This document shows, piece by piece, positions 29,522-38,059 of a stretch of 64,000 bases of DNA. The number at the start of each line of letters is the position of its first letter. Position 1 is the first letter of the stretch. Source of the DNA: an uncultured Candidatus Saccharibacteria bacterium (lineage in GTDB: Bacteria > Patescibacteriota > Minisyncoccia > Phycocordibacterales > UBA918); the NCBI GenBank assembly GCA_964626635.1, contig CAZVFY010000004.1:530-64529 (forward strand), read 5' to 3'. The position numbers and the translations under genes were made by a program. The notes below the pieces were generated by a model. It was not told the origin of the DNA. It did no database searches and saw only the letters and a program-made list of their open reading frames with translations.

Positions 29522-30558
29522 TCGGTAGTGACAATCAAGTTTCGTAGTTGTTGTTCAACATCATACGCATCAGCGTGAGACAAGACACCAAGAAATGATT
29601 GCAGTGAAGCATTAAGTTTATCCTCTTCAATCTCACCAGCTTTGTATTCTCGCACTTTTTCAGCAAACTTACGTTGCATCCGTCTTTTAGTTTTAGTCCT
29701 CACCGATCGGTGATGTGGTCGTATGACATAACCAAGAAAATCGATACCTGATTTCAGCGTTCGGATTGATACTTTCTCAGGGTGTAGTTCCAGCTCCAGT
29801 CGCACACGCAAAAATGCTGTGATTGAGGGTAACAGTGATTGTAGATAGTCGTGAGAATCAGAAACTATCACAAAGTCGTCTGTGTACCGAGCATAGTGCT
29901 TCACTTTCAATTCGTGCTTCATGAATTGATCAAACTCGTTCATGTACACATTCGCAAACAGCTGTGACGTCAGGTTACCAATCGGCAGGCCTCGTTGCTC
30001 GAACAATGATTCAGACGTGGAAAAGCTACTCACTATTTCTTGCAGTATCCACTGCACATCTGGGTCAGTAATTTTACGAAACAACAACTCCAACAAAATC
30101 TCATGATCAACACTATCAAAAAACTTCTTAATATCACACTTCAACACAAAACAAGGATGCGTATAGTTTTTGCTCACCTTTCTCGTTATGGTTTCCAGTC
30201 GCTTCATGCCAACATGATTACCTTTACCAATTCGACACGAGAACGAATCGTTAATAAAGGTGGGCTCAAACAATGGGTTCAGGAGCTTAAACAAAGCATG
30301 ATGCACCACCCGATCGCGAACGGTTGCTTTGTGGATGTGTCGCACTTTTGGATCAGAAATGTAGAAACCAAAGTATGGTTGGTGACGGTATGTTTTATCT
30401 CGCAAATCTTCATGCAACGACAACAAGTTTTGCTCCAATCGATACTCAAACAACGCTACGTCTTTCTTCTTGCGTTTACCTTTCTTAAACCGATCCCACG
30501 ACAACAGCAAGTTAGCTGGTGAAATTATTAGTCTGTATAGATTATTAAACGTTTTCAT
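29518..30558 (-). CDS. DGR reverse transcriptase
   Basis: RDRVVHH, KCDIKKFF, GLPIGNLTSQ, RYTDDF, IDFLGY; likely start ATG 30558 (TTG 30588 is in frame). Confidence 0.95.
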   Translation of the reverse strand: MKTFNNLYRLIISPANLLLSWDRFKKGKRKKKDVALFEYRLEQNLLSLHEDLRDKTYRHQPYFGFYISDPKVRHIHKATVRDRVVHHALFKLLNPLFEPTFINDSFSCRIGKGNHVGMKRLETITRKVSKNYTHPCFVLKCDIKKFFDSVDHEILLELLFRKITDPDVQWILQEIVSSFSTSESLFEQRGLPIGNLTSQLFANVYMNEFDQFMKHELKVKHYARYTDDFVIVSDSHDYLQSLLPSITAFLRVRLELELHPEKVSIRTLKSGIDFLGYVIRPHHRSVRTKTKRRMQRKFAEKVREYKAGEIEEDKLNASLQSFLGVLSHADAYDVEQQLRNLIVTTD

Positions 30559-30906
30559 ATGAATGAATTTGATGTTCCGATTTTTCAAAAGTCATACGAT
30601 TTGTATAAACAAATGCATGAGTATCAAAAACTGATTCCTAAGCACGATAGATACACGGTATATAGTCGCGCCGAAGATTGTTTATTGGCAGTGTTGTCAA
30701 GCTTGTTCAAAGCTAGTGCTGCCAACAAAAGTAACAAACTTATCTTGCTCGAAGAGGCTAGCACCGAACTCAACCTGCTCCGCGTGTTTTTACGACTTCT
30801 CAAAGACATCAAGTCACTCGATAACAACAAATACCTGTCGTTGCAGTCTGAAATAGATGAGATTGGTCGTATGCTGGGTGGCTGGATAAAGTCGGTCAAG
30901 AGATGA
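30559..30906 (+). CDS. avd: DGR accessory variability determinant (four-helix bundle)
   Basis: PIFQKSYDL, PKHDRY, LRVFLRL, EIGRMLGGWIK; adjacent to RT and TR. Confidence 0.92.
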   Translation: MNEFDVPIFQKSYDLYKQMHEYQKLIPKHDRYTVYSRAEDCLLAVLSSLFKASAANKSNKLILLEEASTELNLLRVFLRLLKDIKSLDNNKYLSLQSEIDEIGRMLGGWIKSVKR

Positions 30907-30936
30907 CAAAACGCATCCATTATGGATGCGTTTTGT
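30906..30936. other. 14-15 bp perfect hairpin between the avd stop and the TR 3' end
   Basis: ACAAAACGCATCCA-TTA-TGGATGCGTTTTGT. Confidence 0.85.
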
Positions 30937-30951
30937 GTCAGCGAGACATTT

Positions 30952-31077
30952 CGGAAGAACACCCGAAGCCGACCCATAGTTGTCGTTGGCATTGTCGGTC
31001 CAGTTCGTGTCGAACTTGACCTTGCCGTCGTTGAACTTGAAGTTCGGGGCGTGGTCAAAGCGATCATCGGCATCCGG
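30952..31077 (-). repeat. DGR template repeat (TR)
   Basis: 126-nt ungapped match to 31465-31590; all 19 mismatches are at TR adenines (minus strand). Confidence 0.98.
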
Positions 31078-31335
31078 CTACTGTCTGTATCCATCCGTAC
31101 CACCAACAATTGAGTATGATTCTTGTTGGCAACAAGATATGCTCTCGTGTTTGTATTTTATGTGAAAGCAGAGGCTGTAATAACCCCATCTTTACCAGAC
31201 ACAGACAAGCAATGTCTTTGTGACGATAGTGCGCTCACTATATCCATAGACACAGTGATTCTGACTATTTCTTTGTCGAACAAAGAGAGTACGGTGGCAG
31301 AAATCCGTAAACGCCTGCTCAATACGGTAACTCAT
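31078..31335 (-). ncRNA. putative structured 5' part of the DGR template RNA
   Basis: extended -10 TGTTATACT at 31348-31340; hairpins at 31270-31286, 31226-31241, 31203-31217 and 31121-31137; 31289-31297 can pair with 31091-31100. Confidence 0.55.
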
Positions 31336-31345
31336 AGGTAGTATA

Positions 31346-31383
31346 ACAAAAAAGATGCCCCTGACCGTTTCCAGTCAGGGGCA
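31346..31383 (-). terminator. 10-bp hairpin plus U tract downstream of the DGR target gene
   Basis: TGCCCCTGAC...GTCAGGGGCA then TCTTTTTTG on the minus strand; may also serve as the retrohoming hairpin. Confidence 0.7.
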
Positions 31384-31458
31384 AAATTTGCATCGAGTTG
31401 CTTCGCAACAAGTCAAAAATCAAAGACTCAAAAGGTTCAAGCCTTCAATTTTCAAAGA

Positions 31459-32370
31459 TCACTGCGGAAGAACACCCGAAGCCGACCCATAGCGGTCGTC
31501 GGCATAGTCGGCCCAGAACGCGCCGAACTTGACCCCGCCGTCGTTGAACCCGAAGACCGGGGCGCGGCCAAAGCGACCATCGGCAACCGGATCATCGAAC
31601 TCGTCGCCAGCGCAGTCAATCCAGAGATCGTCATAGCGCTGGAGACGTTCGGGATGGGTGAGCAACATGACACCGACAGCAAACGAACCGAGACCGTACT
31701 GACCCTGGTCGACCATGACCTCGCGAGCACGGCGAACCGAACGACCGCGATGAGTGAGACCGAACTGGGCAGCGATCACGAGGATATCGGGATGACCCTG
31801 TTCCTCGGAAAGCTTCCGCATCGTTGCTTCGGTACGAGCCGATTGGCGGAGATGCTTCGGGCCGAGCTGACCGTCACGGTAGTTGTAGAACGCACCGTCA
31901 CGATCCTGCTTGATCAGGTCGAGGACGCGAACAACATTGTCGTTGTAGGTGCCGGGCACGGGCGAATTGTCCTTCCAGATGTTGGGGATAGCGAACCATC
32001 CTTCGGCACCCTTGGGCAGTTCGCCCGGGTCGGCAACTTCGGCCCCTTCTAGCTGCGGATACAGCTCCTTGAGACGCGTGACCTGATCGGCGAGCTGCTT
32101 GGGCTCGTAGCCCGACAGGTAGCCATAGGTCGATTCGACCTCTTCATCTTTGTATTTGTCGTTGGTCGACAGCTCAGTGAGAGCGAGGACGGTCGCTGCA
32201 TGAATGCGGGCAGAAAAGTCTGCACTGCCTTTCACACGTTCAGCACCTTGCTTGCTGAGATAGTTGGCGTCGGCATAAGCCTTCACCGCCTTCTCGACAG
32301 CATCGGTAGCCATGCGGTTGAGTTGCTTGACTTGACCGTCAGTGGCCAGTTCATGAGTAAGCGTTGTCAT
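31459..32370 (-). CDS. DGR target protein with a C-terminal variable region (probable CLec-like fold)
   Basis: VR occupies the last 42 codons before Q-stop; no signal peptide or TM. Confidence 0.93.
   Translation of the reverse strand: MTTLTHELATDGQVKQLNRMATDAVEKAVKAYADANYLSKQGAERVKGSADFSARIHAATVLALTELSTNDKYKDEEVESTYGYLSGYEPKQLADQVTRLKELYPQLEGAEVADPGELPKGAEGWFAIPNIWKDNSPVPGTYNDNVVRVLDLIKQDRDGAFYNYRDGQLGPKHLRQSARTEATMRKLSEEQGHPDILVIAAQFGLTHRGRSVRRAREVMVDQGQYGLGSFAVGVMLLTHPERLQRYDDLWIDCAGDEFDDPVADGRFGRAPVFGFNDGGVKFGAFWADYADDRYGSASGVLPQ
31465..31590 (-). repeat. DGR variable repeat (VR) with A-free IMH-like 3' end
   Basis: relative to TR: 13 A>G, 5 A>T, 1 A>C; terminal TGGGTCGGCTTCGGGTGTTCTTCCG identical in both. 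Confidence 0.98.
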
Positions 32371-32423
32371 AACGTTAGCTCCAATTGCCAGATTCGCTCT
32401 GGTCGTTGCGGTTTATCTTCCAG

Positions 32424-32480
32424 AAATGAGACAAACACACTATTTCCCAACGAGTGGGAGACAGTGTGTTTGTCTCATTT
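32424..32480. promoter_or_regulatory. long hairpin in the leader of the DGR target gene
   Basis: AAATGAGACAAACACACT / AGTGTGTTTGTCTCATTT, 18-bp perfect arms plus an inner TCCCA/TGGGA stem. Confidence 0.7.
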
Positions 32481-32537
32481 GTAGTGATTTTTATGTAAAG
32501 AACAAGTGACCTACGATAACACGAATTCAATTAAAAG

Positions 32538-34031
32538 TCAATCTGACGCTGTCGCCTTCCATTCTGTTAGCTTACTGGCTTCTTCTTCAAATCGCTCTAA
32601 ACTTTTAAACTGTTTTGGTTCTAAGTTATGTAGCTCAATACCAGGATCAGGCAGGAATATCTGCAAGGGGTATTTATCCTTGTTGTCATACACCATCTGA
32701 TTTATGTGGTCATCAAGATGACGAAAGCAAAAGTTGAGTAACTCCACCGACTTCGCAATTTCATCTAGCTGAGCGTTGATTTTGTGCGTCACATTAACAC
32801 CAATCATCTCAGACATCCGTTCCGCTACTTCCTTGAAAGCGAGAAGATATTGGTAGTTCTCATAGACATGAGATTGATGAAGTAGGTAGTTAGGGAAAGC
32901 GAATAGTATAAGGTCGTCTACCTGCTTTTCGTATTCAGTCACAAATGCTGACTGTGACTTAGACTTCACCAAGCTTTTACCTGAGATGTATGTTTTGTTA
33001 AGACTCACTTCAAAGAACCGAGTTGGACACTGCTCGATCTCTATCTTTCCGTTCTTGATCAATGTCTTTAGTTTTCGTTCACTTTTATCTTTGGCTTTGA
33101 GCCACAACTGCATCAGTTCGTTATGTGGTAACTTGGTCTCTCCTTCGTAGGTAGTGTGACCAGTGCAGTTACACAGTGGTATGTACTCACTAAAGAATAA
33201 GCCATCACGCACAGTGTCACTTACCACCTGTTCTAGCTTGTATCGGAGATCACTTAGCTGACCGAGCTTGGTGCGCAGTTCGTCCTCGTCTTCATATGCA
33301 ATGTTATGTCTTGATGCCAGTCGTTTGCCGAACTCAAGCATTGAGTAGCCAGCAAAGTGGGTATTAAAGAGCACTTGCTTTATATTGATCTTTTTATCGA
33401 GAAAAGACAGCTCATGTCCCCACGGAATCGTATCGATAATGATTTTGGTTAATGTCTCTACGTCTCCATCATTTAATGACTCTTTGCCGTGTACTATGCG
33501 AGCTAGTTGTTCCTCAGTTAAAAAGTAGCTGTGATTAGTATCTGCAATGGAGTCTAAGAGTAAGATGTCTGACTGAATATCTTTTGGTAATGAGTGTAGT
33601 GTGACGAGGTGTGCCAGTCGGTCGTATTCATACCCAGAGTATTGCAGAAAAAATTGACGCAGCTCTTCTCGTTGATCATCGGGAATAATCCGATCAAGAT
33701 AATATTTCCGTTGTCCTTCATCGTTCTTTTTAATATCAAACAGTGTTGCGGTATGCTCGAGGCGAGATAGTGCCAGCATAGTCGTGAGGTAATTAGTCTG
33801 CATATCAAACTCCAGTCGCCCGAACATATCCCAGAGATTGATGTACTGATTGTATTTTTCGGCTTCACGATAGTCTTGAGGTTTCCAGTTTATGGTCAGT
33901 GCCACCATATCTGCCTCACTAATCAGCTCCTTGCCAGTCTTTTGGAAATGAGCATCATTTCGGATCACTAAAAGTACCCGCTCTTTCGGCGTTAGGTTTC
34001 CTTTGCGTAGCATTTTAGTGATGTCTTTCAT
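32538..34031 (-). CDS. hypothetical protein (497 aa), element backbone
   Basis: long ORF, last gene of a tightly coupled 5-gene operon. Confidence 0.85.
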   Translation of the reverse strand: MKDITKMLRKGNLTPKERVLLVIRNDAHFQKTGKELISEADMVALTINWKPQDYREAEKYNQYINLWDMFGRLEFDMQTNYLTTMLALSRLEHTATLFDIKKNDEGQRKYYLDRIIPDDQREELRQFFLQYSGYEYDRLAHLVTLHSLPKDIQSDILLLDSIADTNHSYFLTEEQLARIVHGKESLNDGDVETLTKIIIDTIPWGHELSFLDKKINIKQVLFNTHFAGYSMLEFGKRLASRHNIAYEDEDELRTKLGQLSDLRYKLEQVVSDTVRDGLFFSEYIPLCNCTGHTTYEGETKLPHNELMQLWLKAKDKSERKLKTLIKNGKIEIEQCPTRFFEVSLNKTYISGKSLVKSKSQSAFVTEYEKQVDDLILFAFPNYLLHQSHVYENYQYLLAFKEVAERMSEMIGVNVTHKINAQLDEIAKSVELLNFCFRHLDDHINQMVYDNKDKYPLQIFLPDPGIELHNLEPKQFKSLERFEEEASKLTEWKATASD

Positions 34032-34033
34032 AC

Positions 34034-34240
34034 TTACCTTCGTTCACTTAAGAGTTGTTCTAATACATCGATACGTTGTTTGAGTTCAAGGTTAGAGATA
34101 TTCTTCGATAGAGCTAGTGCTAGTCGAGAGATGGTTTGTGCTCGCTTCGGTGAAATTTTGCGAGTAGCGACTTGTAGCAAGGCTTCAGAGAGAATTACGT
34201 TCACTTCTTCTAAGGTGAGTAATTTTTGTGTTTCGTTCAT
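34034..34240 (-). CDS. small helical hypothetical protein
   Basis: 2-nt gaps to both neighbours; C-terminal ELKQRIDVLEQLL coiled coil. Confidence 0.75.
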   Translation of the reverse strand: MNETQKLLTLEEVNVILSEALLQVATRKISPKRAQTISRLALALSKNISNLELKQRIDVLEQLLSERR

Positions 34241-34242
34241 AT

Positions 34243-34635
34243 TTAATAATTTTCGATTAATTCAAACCACGTCTTTACTTCCTTCGACTTACCGTGCTTC
34301 GTGACGTTCTTATACAAAGCCAGCACCACGTTTGGGGTTAGCTTTCGTGCCCACGCACAAGTGTGTTCGACCAACCCTTCTTCTTCGATAATCTTGTTCC
34401 AGTCAGTGAGCGTACCAAGGTCTTTGATATCGTATTCCGCTGCAAAATCTTTTTGAGTTTTGATACGAAGCAAATCAATCACTACTTCGTCCTCAATACC
34501 CATCTTGCGTATCACCGCTTCTGGCTGACCACGAAGAAACGTTGGTAGTGACTTCCATGTTACGTAGGTGGTAAAATCTTGTTTGCGGTACACACCATCA
34601 CTTTTCTTTGGTTGTTCATTGTGGGGTGTGTTCAT
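34243..34635 (-). CDS. putative HTH protein, resembling phage small-terminase-type HTH
   Basis: KTQKDFAAEYDIKDLGTLTDWNK HTH-like; follows the methylases as in phage gene order. Confidence 0.6.
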   Translation of the reverse strand: MNTPHNEQPKKSDGVYRKQDFTTYVTWKSLPTFLRGQPEAVIRKMGIEDEVVIDLLRIKTQKDFAAEYDIKDLGTLTDWNKIIEEEGLVEHTCAWARKLTPNVVLALYKNVTKHGKSKEVKTWFELIENY

Positions 34636-35392
34636 AATTCCTTACCAATTTTCGTTTCTGACCCGTTAGTTTCTCCAGTCGCTTAAGTGCAATCTCCACA
34701 TACTCGGCATCTTGCTCAATCCCAACGCACTGCCGACCCAACTGTTCGCAAGCGAGTGCTGTACTGCCACTTCCTAAGAAGCCATCAAATACCACGTCCT
34801 CAATCTTGGTGACATTACGAATCAGTTTACGAAGTAGCCCAATCGGCTTTTGGGTTGGGTGGAGTTTCGATTTCTGTGGTCGTGGATGATAGATCGCACT
34901 CCGCATTTGTGACGCTAGCTTCTTATGCTTACCAAACCAGCCATAAGCGATAAGTTCTTGTTGGGGCAAGTAGTCCATCCGACCCATGACAGGTTGATTC
35001 TTTAGCCACACTAACATCTGGCTGAAATGAAATTCAGCTGTGTATACGCCGGTGCGTAGTGCCAAGAACATCGTGTCACAGTTAAAGATATGAAAGGTGT
35101 TGTATGTATCGAGGTGTGGTTTGATGGAATCAAGCCACGACTCGGTAAAGCGAGCGTATTCGTACTCACTCTGGAGATGATCACCCTTGATAGCTTTGGC
35201 GTTAGACACACCGAGCTCAGCCACTCCTTCTTTATTTTGAACGTACGCCACTCCATACGGTGGATCGGTCACAATCGCTCGTACTTTCTGACCCTGCAAT
35301 ACTTCAGACACAAACGAAGCGTTGCAGCTATCACCACAACCAATGAGATGTGTACCTACTAGGTAGATGTCTCCGTGTCGTATCTTTTTCAT
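34616..35392 (-). CDS. DNA N4/N6 methyltransferase
   Basis: VTDPPYG, HPTQKP, FDGFLGSGST. Confidence 0.93.
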   Translation of the reverse strand: MKKIRHGDIYLVGTHLIGCGDSCNASFVSEVLQGQKVRAIVTDPPYGVAYVQNKEGVAELGVSNAKAIKGDHLQSEYEYARFTESWLDSIKPHLDTYNTFHIFNCDTMFLALRTGVYTAEFHFSQMLVWLKNQPVMGRMDYLPQQELIAYGWFGKHKKLASQMRSAIYHPRPQKSKLHPTQKPIGLLRKLIRNVTKIEDVVFDGFLGSGSTALACEQLGRQCVGIEQDAEYVEIALKRLEKLTGQKRKLVRNYEHTPQ

Positions 35393-36672
35393 ACGCGCTT
35401 AGCAGTTTGCTTTGTAAACTTCTCGAAGCGGTCAATGATGACACTCGCAAATACAGGATCAAGCTCGACTCCATACCACTTACGATGCAATTGTTCGCAG
35501 GCAATTAGGTCACTGCCACTGCCTCCAAAGCCAGAAAACACAACGTGACCGGGAGCAGTACAACGCTTCAGGGGTTTTTCACTCAAACCAACAGGCTTCT
35601 GTGTCGGGTGCAAATAATCTTGGGTGTTGTCTCGCTTCACAATCCACAAATCGATCATGTCTAGCAATTCTTCATGGAGCTGATTACCACTTGATACTTC
35701 TTGGTTCAATATCTCGTGAGCGTTCTTGAGATTCTGATTCAGATGTGGTTTGCCAGTAGTACCGTAAATACAGGGCTCATGGACTCGATTGAAAGCCGTC
35801 TGCGGGGTCGGGTTCATGTTGTTTTTTGCCCACAAACAGAGTCGCTTGAAGTGTATCTTTTGCTCTGCAAATATTGTCTGAAGTGCACCGATGTACTTGG
35901 AATCATTCCAGACAAAGTAGTGTGCATTTGGTAGTGCAATTGTTCGGGCAGTTGCAAGACTCTGGGCTAGAAACTCTATATATGCTTTGTCAGTTTTTGA
36001 ATCATCTTTAGATGAATAACCGCCTCCATATTTTTTGCCGTTTCCAATACCTTTGTCATATGAAAGCCCAATATTATAAGGCGGATCAAAATAAATTAGA
36101 TGCGCTTTAGTGTCACCCATGAATTTAGATACCAGCTTTTGGTCAGTTGAATCGCCCACGAGCAGGAAATGTTCACCTAATTGCCACACTTCACCAGTCT
36201 TGGCTCTTGGCTTATCCATTTCTTCAATCGCTTTCTCAACATCATAGTCGTCCTCAGCCAATTCAACGTCATCAAAAAAGTCTTGCAGTTCTTCGTCCGC
36301 AAACCCAACGTCAAGCAGGACATCGAGGTCAAATGCCTTCAGAAGCTCTTCATCCCAAGACCCGGTGTTGTGATTTAAGCGAAGATTCAGCTCACGTTCT
36401 TCTTCGAGTGTGAGTTCCCGAGAGGGAATCATACACTCGACTTCTTTGTATCCAAGGTCAGCGTATATCTTTACTCGTTGCTCACCCCCGATCAGAACAT
36501 CAGCTCGTGAGCCGATGTTTAGCACTACTGGTACCACCGCACCAAATTCCTCGATTGATTTTTGAAGATTGTGCCGTTCTTCTCCCTCCATCTTGCGTGG
36601 GTTATACCCATTGGGTGTGAGGTCTTTCACCTTACGCTTCGTGGATGACCACGTTATCTTTTTCGATTTCAT
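35389..36672 (-). CDS. ParB/Srx-domain DNA methyltransferase fusion
   Basis: YNPRK...LIGGEQR N-domain; FDPPYNI, HPTQKP, SGFGGSGS. Confidence 0.92.
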   Translation of the reverse strand: MKSKKITWSSTKRKVKDLTPNGYNPRKMEGEERHNLQKSIEEFGAVVPVVLNIGSRADVLIGGEQRVKIYADLGYKEVECMIPSRELTLEEERELNLRLNHNTGSWDEELLKAFDLDVLLDVGFADEELQDFFDDVELAEDDYDVEKAIEEMDKPRAKTGEVWQLGEHFLLVGDSTDQKLVSKFMGDTKAHLIYFDPPYNIGLSYDKGIGNGKKYGGGYSSKDDSKTDKAYIEFLAQSLATARTIALPNAHYFVWNDSKYIGALQTIFAEQKIHFKRLCLWAKNNMNPTPQTAFNRVHEPCIYGTTGKPHLNQNLKNAHEILNQEVSSGNQLHEELLDMIDLWIVKRDNTQDYLHPTQKPVGLSEKPLKRCTAPGHVVFSGFGGSGSDLIACEQLHRKWYGVELDPVFASVIIDRFEKFTKQTAKRV

Positions 36673-36825
36673 AATACTGTTTTCTTAGGCACGCTATGTG
36701 CGTGTTAGTATCAGCATCACATTTTTAAAGCCTCTTGAATAAGGTGAGCAAATTAGAGTAAATCAAAAATAAGCCTTGTAAAATACAAGACTTTTATAAC
36801 TATCCCCAGGCAAGTTTACTCCTTC

Positions 36826-37932
36826 TTACTCTTTCGAGACTAAATTATTAAATCTAATAGTTGTGTTTGTTACCTTGATGATGGGCTCACCATCTTCAGG
36901 ATGAACATTTTTGATATTTTGCTTGTGTAGCAGATTCATGAAAGAGCCGTTACTTTTCATTAGCTGTGTGCGGTACGTTTCACCGCTATTTGTTTCTTTA
37001 GGCCCTAATTTTTTATTAAACTCATCCACTCGAATTTCAATTTGTTCCTTGGGCATGTATTCCAGTATGGTCTTAAACAGCGTGATGAACCTTGGATCTT
37101 TGCCATTAGTACGTTTAGAATATTTAAGTTTTCCAGCGCGGTAGTGATATATGTCATCACCTTGTATAGAAAATATCTGTTTTTTCTGATGCTGTTGTTC
37201 TTGGTTATGTATAACAACAGAAGTGTGAATACGCTCTAGATCTGGCTTATATAACTCAACCGAAATAGGATCGGCTTTTTTATGTTTGAGTTTGCCATAT
37301 GTACGTACGAGCCGATCAAAGGCACCAGCTAAAGTCATACGATCTGCTTTTTGAAACTCAGCCGTTACTTCTTTGCAAGCTTTCAGAGCTTGGTGCAATT
37401 TTATGTCAAAAAAGCTGAATTCTTTTTTAGTATGTGATGGTTCTGCAATGAACTGACGGATCTCCTCGTCGTGTCCTAACTGTTCTAACTTGCGTAACAC
37501 GTCGCTGTATTCAGAGATGATTGAGTCATATCGATTACCGCCAGAGAGTTGAGTGTAGTCGAGGAGGGAGTGATAATCACTCATACGGTCTTTGATTGTA
37601 TGATCCTCTTGGAGCTTGAGTCTGCTTACAAGTTTATCGAGTTTTTTGTATGTTTGGTAAAAATCTTTATCAAGCTCAGTCCATTGATGTTCCAGCTCTT
37701 CCTCTTGTTTAGTACGCTCTGACACATCTTTATTCAAGTGGGTCAGGAGTGAGATTCCTTCCTCAGATATAAAGTTAAAATAGTCTACGAGTGCAGCGCT
37801 GAAATCCCAATCGGTAGTCTGATTTGAGGCTGTTTCAAATAGGAGAGCTTCTTTTTGGAGTAGTGTTTGCATAGTATTATCATTATAGTACTGATTTACC
37901 TGCATTACACTAAAATTGGCATTGTTTGGCAT
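36826..37932 (-). CDS. hypothetical protein (likely start ATG 37872)
   Basis: long ORF; basic C-terminal region, possibly DNA-binding. Confidence 0.75.
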   Translation of the reverse strand: MPNNANFSVMQVNQYYNDNTMQTLLQKEALLFETASNQTTDWDFSAALVDYFNFISEEGISLLTHLNKDVSERTKQEEELEHQWTELDKDFYQTYKKLDKLVSRLKLQEDHTIKDRMSDYHSLLDYTQLSGGNRYDSIISEYSDVLRKLEQLGHDEEIRQFIAEPSHTKKEFSFFDIKLHQALKACKEVTAEFQKADRMTLAGAFDRLVRTYGKLKHKKADPISVELYKPDLERIHTSVVIHNQEQQHQKKQIFSIQGDDIYHYRAGKLKYSKRTNGKDPRFITLFKTILEYMPKEQIEIRVDEFNKKLGPKETNSGETYRTQLMKSNGSFMNLLHKQNIKNVHPEDGEPIIKVTNTTIRFNNLVSKE

Positions 37933-38059
37933 TTAGAGACCCCCGACCCGGACACATCAGAAAATCGACGGATTGATCATCAATATACCCTTGTGGTGTC
38001 TACAGCGTGGGGTACTTAACCCGAGTGGCCCGCATCCTCGAGCTAGCTCGAGACAACAT

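Noticed and set aside
29518-30588. RT as a group II intron, retron or CRISPR-associated RT
   Set aside because: It is short, has no maturase or endonuclease extension, carries the GNLTSQ motif, and sits next to Avd and a TR/VR pair.
30624-31341. ORFs 30624-31109, 30922-31113, 30980-31165 and 31123-31341
   Set aside because: They overlap avd, TR or the structured leader and lack start signals or motifs.
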